NCBI GenBank assembly: GCA_034408725.1
Contig: JAWXCN010000103.1
Span: 1-16,132, forward strand
Origin: Candidatus Hydrogenedentota bacterium
GTDB taxonomy: Bacteria > Hydrogenedentota > Hydrogenedentia > Hydrogenedentales > SLHB01
Reading direction: 5' to 3'
Length of the DNA stretch: 16,132 bases
Part shown: positions 8,780 through 16,132 of the stretch, piece after piece
Layout: each line of letters starts with the position of its first letter
Numbering within the stretch: the stretch's first letter is position 1
Notes under the pieces: model-generated
The model's input: only the letters and a program-made list of their open reading frames with translations
Told to the model about the DNA's origin: nothing
Databases searched by the model: none
Program-made: the position numbers and the translations under genes

Positions 8780-10033
8780 CTACGACTTTGCCAGCGCGCG
8801 TCCCTCAACGAGTTCAGCCAATTCTTTCGTGAGTTCGCTCTTGAGCGCAGGCGATACCCCAATGTGCACCGCCTGCACCGATCCATCCTTCCCGATGAGT
8901 ACGGTTTGCGGTATGCCGGTGACCTTGTACTGTTCACCGACGGCGTGGTTTTCGTCCAACGCGACAGTAATGGCGAGTTGATTATCTTTTAGAAATGTCT
9001 TGACCTCTTCGGCAGTCTCGCCCTGATTCACGGCGATAAACACCACCCCTTTTTCCTTGAAGGATGCCGTCACTTCAGAAAGTATTGGCATCGCTTGAAC
9101 GCATGGGCCGCACCATGTCGCCCAGAAGTCGAGCACGACTATATTTTTGCCTGCGTACGCCGCGAGATCGATAATCTTCCCATCGATGTCCTTAAGCTGA
9201 AACGCCGGCGCGGGCTTGCCCACAAGTTCGTCCGCGGGCCGGGGCTCGCTGTTCCCGGCAAGCATGGCTTCGAATGATTCCTCTTTTTCTGACTCCCCGG
9301 GCGGCGTAAATGCGAACCGCTCAGGGGCGATGGGCACATTGCCTGACCAGTCGGACAGTTTGACTTCCATCGAGATTTTCATGGGCGAGCCGGCCGTTTC
9401 TTTCGACAGGTCGGGTACCACTTTGGTCAGATACGGTTTGTCACCGTCGGCAATCCACATGTCCATAATCGAATTGTCGCGGTCTAAGCGGATGCGGTGA
9501 TGCTTCAAATTATTAAGGTCTTCCAACCCGATGTAACTGGCGTCGGCGGCCCCGCCCAACAATGATGCTGCGGGGTCGGGACTCATCAGTTCGCCGATGA
9601 TGCCCGTGAATGACGTAATGCTGTTCACCGCGCAGTATTGAAACGTTTCCTGAATGTCCGCGGGCGCGCCAATGACGGTGTACTTCTTGAGTTGCGGAAT
9701 GTGGATGGCAAGGTTCGTGCCATCAGACACGAGGTCAATGCCCAGTTCGCTCTCGCCCTGCACGATTGAAACCTTGTTGGGGCGTTCGACTGCAACCTTG
9801 CAGTCAAGCGACACTGCATCCGAGTCGCCTTCGCCAACCATCGATAAATCGAGATCAAATGAGCACGTAACCGTCTGCAGACCCTTATAGAATGCGCTCA
9901 TCGCATCTATAACTTCCTTGACTTTCGGTTGGATGTTTGCGGCAGACGGCGCCTTCGGTCCTATATCGTCCTGTGCGAAAACTGCGCAGCACACATATAG
10001 CATGACGCAGATAAAACGAGTCAGAAGTCGCAT
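8780..10033 (-). CDS. Exported protein: DUF2092/LolA-like N-terminal domain fused to a TlpA-family thiol-disulfide oxidoreductase
   Basis: Signal peptide (MRLLTRF...AVFA-QD) and AGGAGG RBS. N-domain has VAVERPNK, LVSDG, DMWIADGDKP, FAFTPP. C-domain has GKPAPAFQL, VVLDFWATWCGPC, YKVTGIPQTVLIGKDG. Confidence 0.85.
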   Translation of the reverse strand: MRLLTRFICVMLYVCCAVFAQDDIGPKAPSAANIQPKVKEVIDAMSAFYKGLQTVTCSFDLDLSMVGEGDSDAVSLDCKVAVERPNKVSIVQGESELGIDLVSDGTNLAIHIPQLKKYTVIGAPADIQETFQYCAVNSITSFTGIIGELMSPDPAASLLGGAADASYIGLEDLNNLKHHRIRLDRDNSIMDMWIADGDKPYLTKVVPDLSKETAGSPMKISMEVKLSDWSGNVPIAPERFAFTPPGESEKEESFEAMLAGNSEPRPADELVGKPAPAFQLKDIDGKIIDLAAYAGKNIVVLDFWATWCGPCVQAMPILSEVTASFKEKGVVFIAVNQGETAEEVKTFLKDNQLAITVALDENHAVGEQYKVTGIPQTVLIGKDGSVQAVHIGVSPALKSELTKELAELVEGRALAKS

Positions 10034-10055
10034 GGAACCAAACCTCCTGATTGGG

Positions 10056-10081
10056 AAAAGAACGCCGACTTAAACTCGGCG
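10056..10081 (-). terminator. Intrinsic terminator-like hairpin between the arginine decarboxylase and TlpA genes
   Basis: Minus strand CGCCGA-gtttaag-TCGGCG followed by TTCTTTT. Confidence 0.5.
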
Positions 10082-10137
10082 GAATACGCCAAATCGCAGG
10101 CACATTGTCTTTGGGGAAACAGTTGCGCCAAAGGTGT

Positions 10138-10746
10138 TTATTCGAGGATGAAGACGACCGCGGTGAGCACCGTTGTCCACAGGCCGTGCTTGTGGCCCTC
10201 GGCCGACTGGCATATGTTTCGCGTTTTGAAGATATGGCCACTGGCCTTGTAAATCTGTTTGCGCTCGTCCCACGCGGCGTCGGGATCGAATTCAATGCCC
10301 AGCGTCGTCGCAAGCATCGTCGCCGCAAGGTCTTCGGCGTATTCGCCGGAAATCGCGCTTTTCTCGCCGTAGGCGTGGTGCTCGGATATATACCCGTAAT
10401 GCGCTTCGTTCTTCGGCTGCGCCAAACCGGCGGCGGCGGAAATCAAACGATTCGGTTCGCAGGTCTCGCTGCGTGACATCACGCAGAAAACAACTTGGCC
10501 GGGCGACAAAAACTTCAACGCTTCCTTCTTGGGAATGATCTTGCAATTGGGCGGGAAAATGCTCGATACATAGACGAGATTAAACTTCTCGATACCCGCA
10601 TCGCGCAACGCGCTCTCGAACGAAGCCAACTTCTCCTTGTGCATGCCTACGCCGCGCACAAAGAATGCGCGCTTCGGCACCATATTCGATGGAAGAAGCT
10701 TGCCGTTTCCGGGTTGCTGCTCGTCCCTGTCGAGGCCCTTTGCCAT
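10138..10746 (-). CDS. pdaD: Pyruvoyl-dependent arginine decarboxylase
   Basis: VPKRAFFVRGVG, SFESALRDAGIEKFNLVYVSSIFP (Ser-Ser autocleavage site), YGYISEHH, AEDLAATMLATTLG, WTTVLTAVVF. The ATG at 10746 has GGAGGA upstream; alternatives are 10776 and 10683. Confidence 0.92.
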   Translation of the reverse strand: MAKGLDRDEQQPGNGKLLPSNMVPKRAFFVRGVGMHKEKLASFESALRDAGIEKFNLVYVSSIFPPNCKIIPKKEALKFLSPGQVVFCVMSRSETCEPNRLISAAAGLAQPKNEAHYGYISEHHAYGEKSAISGEYAEDLAATMLATTLGIEFDPDAAWDERKQIYKASGHIFKTRNICQSAEGHKHGLWTTVLTAVVFILE

Positions 10747-10795
10747 CCCGCTATATCCTCCACTACGTTTGTTCATTCAAAATGAAAGGCTGCGT

Positions 10796-10824
10796 AGTAT
10801 AATGATGGGGCATGCTCGTTTCAA
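10796..10824 (-). promoter_or_regulatory. Sigma70-type promoter of pdaD
   Basis: TTGAAA (10824-10819), 17-nt spacer, TATACT (10801-10796). Confidence 0.65.
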
Positions 10825-11020
10825 TAGCCGGATGGATCGCTGTAGGCCTGAATCAGTCCGATTTTATCGAGTCCGACGATGCGCTCAACAACTCTCAATC
10901 GTCAATCAACTAACTTTTCCCATATTTCCGCTTCTTCCCATGCCTCCCATCGTCCGGAACGCGCCAGTGTCATGAATCCCAAATCCTTGGCAAAAGTCAC
11001 ACGCATAATCTGATCTTCAA

Positions 11021-11052
11021 AGTCCCCCTTTGAAGGGGGATTTAGGGGGATG
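11021..11052. repeat. REP-like extragenic palindrome with a third arm
   Basis: TCCCCCTT-tg-AAGGGGGA perfect inverted repeat (11023-11040), followed directly by TTTAGGGGGA. One copy in the window. Confidence 0.6.
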
Positions 11053-11102
11053 TAAGGTCTGATTTCCAAACTTCATATCGAACGAATCTCAAACTCAGGA
11101 CA

Positions 11103-11983
11103 CTAGTAACGCTTCTCAATGATCTTCTCCGTCAAAACATCCCGATTGGTTTCCGCCGCAATGGCCGGCTTGGGCACGGAAAAAAGCATCCGCTCACTCT
11201 TGCGCAATCCCTGTCCGATTAGTTTGATGACCACCCGCCGTTGCTCATTGGAAGCCGCCCCATCTTGTTTTCCTAACGGCGAAATTTGAACATCACTGCC
11301 GGGCGACTTCGGGGCGTGAACTATAATCACCACGCGCTCACCCTCCGGTAACCCGGTAATGCGGTGACCGTATTTTGAGAGTGTGTCCAATATTGCGATG
11401 CGCAGGTTCTCAACCCGCTCCTTGTCGAACTCGGGAGCTGCTCTTGCCCGAACATAGTTGTTAGGCCCATTCCCCCGCCATCTTCCAAACCTCCGCGGCC
11501 CATACCCGATACCCCAGGAGTGCTCAGATCCACTCCAAACACATCTTCTTGCAACACCGCGATTTGTCCCTTGACGTCCTCAGTTTCGATAGTCCGCTCA
11601 AATTCCGTCCCCCTGGACATTCGAGGTCTAAGATGCTTTTCCCAAAGATCGGCAGGTTCCGAATCATGGACTGCTTCATTCGCAACCACGCTTCCGGGCG
11701 CTGAAATCGGAAAAGAGACGTGTATATTTAACATTACTCCAATTGTTGGAACATACTCACTGAACACTCCCCGATTAAATGGAGTCATGACCGGATTAGC
11801 CCCACCCTCCCATTCGCCCAGCCCCGCGTGGTCAAGTGCATCTCTAAACACTCGCCCCATAGTCGCGCTTTGATTGTCAATATCGGCTGGCGCCGTTTCC
11901 TGTTGTGCATGGACTACTACCGAGCAGAGAAGCGATGCTAATATAAAGGCTTGGCAACGCTTACAAAAACTGGGCTGCAACAT
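11103..11983 (-). CDS. Exported hypothetical protein, about 293 aa if joined across a 1-nt frameshift near 11430-11480
   Basis: AAGGAG RBS and signal peptide (...LLCSVVVHA-QQ). The frame of ORF 11103..11390 stays open upstream to about 11580 and reads APEFDKERVENLRIAILDTLSKYGHRITGLPEGERVVIIV, while the first frame turns non-protein-like after about 11440. Confidence 0.65.
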
Positions 11984-12084
11984 GATTTAACTCCTTTAAT
12001 CTAGAAATTTCATATTTAAGGGAACGTTGATAGAACGCTTTTGATTCATACAGTTAAATTGAACATTCAAGAACAGAATTTCAT

Positions 12085-12606
12085 TTATTTGCTACTTTGG
12101 GACATCGCGAGTAGAGTTTGAATGTCATTGAAACGCGTCATAGACTCTGCGTACTGTCTATTGGCTAGCTCAAGTGCTGTTTGCTCCAATGATCCCTCCA
12201 ACTGCGACGTCCGCGCCTCCAATGCTTCGATCGATTGCCAGTTATGTGCGCGCTCCAAATTAAAGCGGCGCTCCAAATCCGCCGTAATCACCATTTCATT
12301 AGAGTTATTTTTATTTTCCACGTCATTTCCGAGTGTAATCCGGGCTTGGCCCCATTCGATTCGCACGTTCACCTGTGATAAAGCCAACAGGAAAACTGCC
12401 GCGCTTGCCATCACCCACCCAGCCACAATCCAACGGGAACGCTTTTCTGGCATGGTTTCACCCGCACCATTCTCAACTGCGAAAAGCAGTGCCTCAATAT
12501 CGGTCGGTGGTGCGGCAACCGGTTCCCCGCTCCAATCGCGGACGGCGTCCACCACGTCGCGAAGCTCAGCGTCGTGTTCAGGTTCCATTCGATCAAATTC
12601 CTTCAT
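12085..12606 (-). CDS. Putative membrane-anchored anti-sigma factor
   Basis: ATG overlaps the ECF sigma stop (ATGA). Short acidic N-terminal domain, one TM segment (WIVAGWVMASAAVFLLALS) preceded by KRSR, and a C-terminal coiled-coil-like region. Function is inferred from position and topology. Confidence 0.6.
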   Translation of the reverse strand: MKEFDRMEPEHDAELRDVVDAVRDWSGEPVAAPPTDIEALLFAVENGAGETMPEKRSRWIVAGWVMASAAVFLLALSQVNVRIEWGQARITLGNDVENKNNSNEMVITADLERRFNLERAHNWQSIEALEARTSQLEGSLEQTALELANRQYAESMTRFNDIQTLLAMSQSSK

Positions 12607-13184
12607 GGCAGTACATTCCCTGAGTCAATTCCCTGGTGTTCAAGTTCGTGTCGCAACTTTCTGAGGAGGACATTCATTCGGGATTTTACGGTGGAATCCG
12701 GGCAACCGGTGATTTCTCCGATTTGGGCATAGGTCAATTCAAGCTGAAAACGCATCAGCAGCAATTCCTTGTCAGCATCCGACAATTCTTCCAATACCCG
12801 CCGCACGAACAGCTCCTGCTCGTTGGCGAAAATCTTCCGCACTGCGAGGGGCGACGCTGCCTCTTCCCCACCGGAACGCGCCCACGCCGAAACCGCGCCG
12901 GTATCATTCCGTGAGCGCGCCAACTGTGTTCGCGCCAGATTCGTAGCAATGCGTGTGACCCAAGTTGAAAAGGCGAATGTGTCGTTGTACGTCGAAGCGG
13001 ATCGCCACACGCGCAGATACGTCTCCTGGCGCAGGTCCCGCGCCGCAAACACGTCCCCCAGCATTTTCCCAAGATATCCCAGCAACCGGGAATCCCACCG
13101 GCGGACCAACTCTTCGAGCGCCCGGCACTCGCTCACGTCACGAATGGCAATCATCAACTCGCGGTCTGTCCGGTCATCGGCCAC
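12603..13184 (-). CDS. ECF (group IV sigma70) RNA polymerase sigma factor
   Basis: TDRELM, ALEELVRRW, ARDLRQETYLRVWRSA, FSTWVTRIATN (region 2); LTYAQIGEITGCPDSTVKSRM (region 4 HTH). The GTG at 13184 is better spaced from GGGGAG than the TTG at 13187. Confidence 0.92.
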   Translation of the reverse strand: MADDRTDRELMIAIRDVSECRALEELVRRWDSRLLGYLGKMLGDVFAARDLRQETYLRVWRSASTYNDTFAFSTWVTRIATNLARTQLARSRNDTGAVSAWARSGGEEAASPLAVRKIFANEQELFVRRVLEELSDADKELLLMRFQLELTYAQIGEITGCPDSTVKSRMNVLLRKLRHELEHQGIDSGNVLP

Positions 13185-13230
13185 CAAAATCTCCCCGTAT
13201 CTGCTTATATATACTCGTTGAAGCGGTGTT

Positions 13231-13259
13231 TCGACGAAGCGCCGTCAACATGCTAAACT
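13231..13259 (+). promoter_or_regulatory. Possible sigma70 promoter of miaB
   Basis: TCGACG, 17-nt spacer, TGc-TAAACT extended -10, ending 41 nt before the ATG at 13301. Confidence 0.45.
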
Positions 13260-13300
13260 ACCCGCTCGAACGCAAACACCGAGATAAGACGAAAGCGAAC

Positions 13301-14644
13301 ATGACTCCACCGAAAGCGTACATACAAACATTCGGTTGCCAGATGAATGAGCACGACAGCTACCGAATGGTGGAAGTGCTGGCGCGGCAAGGCTATGCCA
13401 TGACGGACCAGGTGGACGACGCCTCCCTCGTGATTCTCAATACCTGCTCCGTCCGCCAAAATCCTGAAAACAAGGTCTATAGCCTCCTCGGACGCCTCCG
13501 CCGCCTCAAACGCCAGGAACGCGAAGTCATCATCGGCGTTGGCGGTTGCGTCGCCCAGCAGGAAGGCGAGAAAATACTCGAGCGCGAGCGTTGCGTCGAC
13601 ATGGTCTTCGGCCCGGACAACTATTTCCGTCTACCGGAAATGATCGAACAAGTTCGCCGCGGTGAGCGCGTGCTGATGACCAAATGGCAGCCGCGCGCCG
13701 CCAACCACGTCCAAAACTTCGTCCCGGAAGAATGGGTGGAGGCCGGCCATGTCGAAGGCTGCAAGGCCTTCGTCTCGATTACCAAAGGTTGCGACAATTT
13801 CTGCACCTTCTGCGTCGTGCCGTATACCCGCGGCCGGGAAGTCAGCCGCGAGGCTGATAACATCCTCCGCGAGGTGCGAGACCTCGTCAGCCGTGGCGCG
13901 CGCGAAATCTGGCTCCTCGGCCAGAACGTCAACTCGTATCGCGCGCATGATGTCGGGTTCTACGAACTACTTGACATGGTCTCGCAAGTCGAAGGACTCG
14001 CCCGCCTCCGCTTCACTTCGCCTCATCCAAATGACTGGAACAACCGCCTCTCGGATTTGATGGCCGAACGCAAAACGATCTGCAATCATCTGCATCTGCC
14101 GTTTCAGGCGGGCAGCGATCGCCTGCTCACCCTGATGAACCGCGGACACAAGATCGAAGATTACCTCAACAAAATCCGGTACATGCGCACCATCAATCCG
14201 GTCATTGAATTGTCCACCGATCTCATCGTCGGTTTCCCCACTGAAACTGATGAAGACTTCGAAGACACCCTTCGGGTACTCGAAGAAGTCCGGTTCAGCC
14301 AGATTTTTCCCTTCAAATATTCGCCCCGCCCCGGCACAAAAGCAGAAAACATGACCGACGACGTACCGCGCGAGGTGAAGCAGGAACGCCTTGCGCGCGC
14401 GATAGCGTTGCAGGAGCGCATCGCAGACGCGCGCATGGCCGCATACATTGGTACCGAACAGGAAATCCTCATCGACGGCGCGAACCCGCGATTCCAAAAC
14501 GCCATGAACGGCCGCACCGGCGGCTACCGCCCCGTCACCGCGCACAACTGCGACGCGGAAATCGGCGACCTCATCACCGTGCGCATCACCGCGTACAAGC
14601 AGCACTGGCTCAATGGCGAAATCCTCGCAGAGGCCATTGCCTAA
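13301..14644 (+). CDS. miaB: tRNA-2-methylthio-N6-dimethylallyladenosine synthase MiaB (radical SAM methylthiotransferase)
   Basis: AYIQTFGCQMNEHDS, LNTCSVR, VGGCVAQQEG, radical-SAM motif GCDNFCTFCVVPYTRGRE, LLGQNVNSY, RLRFTSPHP, DLIVGFP, FKYSPRPGT and a C-terminal TRAM domain. The ORF-track start at 12965 overlaps the ECF gene and is too long. Confidence 0.96.
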   Translation: MTPPKAYIQTFGCQMNEHDSYRMVEVLARQGYAMTDQVDDASLVILNTCSVRQNPENKVYSLLGRLRRLKRQEREVIIGVGGCVAQQEGEKILERERCVDMVFGPDNYFRLPEMIEQVRRGERVLMTKWQPRAANHVQNFVPEEWVEAGHVEGCKAFVSITKGCDNFCTFCVVPYTRGREVSREADNILREVRDLVSRGAREIWLLGQNVNSYRAHDVGFYELLDMVSQVEGLARLRFTSPHPNDWNNRLSDLMAERKTICNHLHLPFQAGSDRLLTLMNRGHKIEDYLNKIRYMRTINPVIELSTDLIVGFPTETDEDFEDTLRVLEEVRFSQIFPFKYSPRPGTKAENMTDDVPREVKQERLARAIALQERIADARMAAYIGTEQEILIDGANPRFQNAMNGRTGGYRPVTAHNCDAEIGDLITVRITAYKQHWLNGEILAEAIA

Positions 14645-16132
14645 CCGTCCCGAAGTGAATACCTCCATCGACGGCGATGTGACTGCTGTGCGCCGCAAAC
14701 TCGGCGCGTGGATTCGCGACACGCACGCATTCATCCGAATCGAAGGCAACGATGTCGCAACATGGCTGCAATCGCAAACCTCTAACGACGTCGTCGCGTT
14801 GCAACCCGGACAAGGCCACGCAAACACAATCCTCGATCGCAAAGGAAGATTGCAGGCGCATTTCACGGTGCACCGCTGGGACGACGAATTCTGGCTCATC
14901 GTCGAGAACCAGCAGAAAGCCGCACTGCTCAAACAACTCGACGATCATCTCTTCCTCGAAGACGTGCAAATTCACGACGCGACAGAAGAGGTCGAACAAC
15001 TCGTCGTGCAAGGTCCCCGCACGCGGTATTTCCTCGCATCGCTCCTGACCAGCGGCGATGCCTCGGACAACTTTCCCGGAACGCCGTATGGATGTCATCC
15101 CATCGAAATCGCGGGCCATCAAATGCTCGCGTTTCAAATCTCGGAAACCGGCGAGGACGGATTTGTCCTCGTCACCCAACAAAGCGAAGCGCGTCCCTTG
15201 TTGGACAAATTCCTCGAAGCGGGCCGTAAATTCGACCTGCGCGAGATCAGCCCCGAAGCGCAAAACGTCCTGCGCGTCGAAGCCGGCATCCCGCGCTTTG
15301 GCATCGACATGGACATCACAAACCGGCTTCCCGAAACCACGCTCGAACGCGACGCCGTCAGCTATGACAAAGGCTGCTATCTCGGCCAGGAAGTCATCGC
15401 AAAACTGCGCACATACAGTTCCGTCAAACATGCGGTCGTAGGCTTGGTGTTGGAGGTGGGAGAGTTCCCACCCATCAACACGCGGCTGCATTCCGGCGCG
15501 ATCGACATCGGCATTCTCAAAAGTTCCGCGTTCTCCCCCATGCTTGAAACTCCAATCGCGCTCGCCTATATAGATCGCGATCATCGGGCGCCGGGAACGT
15601 TGCTGGAACTGAACGCACTTGACGCGAAACCGTTCCGCGCGCGCGTCGTTGTCCTGCCGTTTCATCATCCGCTGTCGCGTATCGACCGTGCGCGAATGTT
15701 GTACGACAACGCATTGAACCTCTTCGATCGCGACGCCCGCGACGAAGACGACACCGCCATCGAACTCCTGCGCGAAGCCGTGTTGCTCGATCCAAAGTTC
15801 GAAGACGCCTACGAAGCACTCGGCGTAATACTCAATCGGCACCATCGCGTCGATGAAGCTATTCACTACATGACCATCCTCGAACGCCTCAACCCCGATT
15901 CCGTCATGGCGCATACTAATCTCTCCGTGTTCTACGTCGCGAAAGGCATGATCGAAGCCGCCGAAGAGGAAAAGGCCAAGGCCGCCGTGCTGCAAATGAA
16001 GCACGCCCGTGTCGCCCGCGAAGCCGAGGACATCGCCGCCGCCGAACGCGAACGCATCCAGCGCGAAGCCCGCGAACGCATCGCCATGTTCGCAGAAGTG
16101 CTCGAATTCGACCCCGATGACCCGCTCGCCAC
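14637..16132 (+). CDS. ygfZ: YgfZ/GcvT-family folate-binding Fe-S maturation protein fused to C-terminal TPR repeats (runs off the right edge)
   Basis: Not in the ORF track; translated by hand, open from 14637 to the end of the window. FIRIEGNDVATWLQSQTSNDV, ILDRKGRL, LRVEAGIPRFG, YgfZ signature KGCYLGQE (15369-15392), IALAYI...VVLPF, then TPR-like AIELLREAVLLDPKFEDAYEALGVIL and NPDSVMAHTNLSVFYVAKG. The start is uncertain (ATG 14613, TTG 14637, GTG 14655). Confidence 0.9.
   Translation, partial: MPNRPEVNTSIDGDVTAVRRKLGAWIRDTHAFIRIEGNDVATWLQSQTSNDVVALQPGQGHANTILDRKGRLQAHFTVHRWDDEFWLIVENQQKAALLKQLDDHLFLEDVQIHDATEEVEQLVVQGPRTRYFLASLLTSGDASDNFPGTPYGCHPIEIAGHQMLAFQISETGEDGFVLVTQQSEARPLLDKFLEAGRKFDLREISPEAQNVLRVEAGIPRFGIDMDITNRLPETTLERDAVSYDKGCYLGQEVIAKLRTYSSVKHAVVGLVLEVGEFPPINTRLHSGAIDIGILKSSAFSPMLETPIALAYIDRDHRAPGTLLELNALDAKPFRARVVVLPFHHPLSRIDRARMLYDNALNLFDRDARDEDDTAIELLREAVLLDPKFEDAYEALGVILNRHHRVDEAIHYMTILERLNPDSVMAHTNLSVFYVAKGMIEAAEEEKAKAAVLQMKHARVAREAEDIAAAERERIQREARERIAMFAEVLEFDPDDPLA

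Noticed and set aside
12029-12057. ECF-type promoter (TAAC-N15-CGTT) upstream of the exported protein gene
   Set aside because: The spacer is shorter than the usual 16-17 nt and no matching motif was found upstream of the ECF gene, so support is too weak.
12965-13300. 112-aa N-terminal extension of MiaB in the ORF track
   Set aside because: It overlaps the divergent ECF gene. MiaB homology begins at MTPPKAYIQTFGC (13301), and a candidate promoter lies inside the extension.
14610-16004. 464-aa minus-strand ORF (and 13967..14932 minus)
   Set aside because: Antisense shadow of ygfZ-TPR and miaB. It has no recognisable motifs, while the plus frame has the KGCYLGQE signature and consistent codon bias.

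Overview
This is a GC-rich bacterial chromosomal window. Positions 1-8566 (minus strand) hold a tightly packed chemosensory operon: cheA-cheW-cheX-cheY-cheD-cheR-cheD-HDOD-cheY-cheX-cheB, with cheB running off the left edge and no chemoreceptor gene in view. The CheA is unusual. It has two His-less Hpt-like modules before the canonical Hpt, and four tandem 24-aa MshEN-type (c-di-GMP-binding) motifs where the CheY-binding P2 domain normally sits. It is also split by a 1-nt frameshift near 7875. Upstream on the same strand are a secreted DUF2092-like/TlpA thioredoxin fusion, a pyruvoyl-dependent arginine decarboxylase, a REP-like palindrome, and an ECF sigma / membrane anti-sigma / secreted protein triad, the last also carrying a 1-nt frameshift. 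Divergently on the plus strand, miaB overlaps a YgfZ-family gene fused to TPR repeats, which runs off the right edge and is absent from the ORF track. No RNA genes, CRISPR arrays or transposases were recognised. All calls come from reading motifs by eye; no database searches were run.
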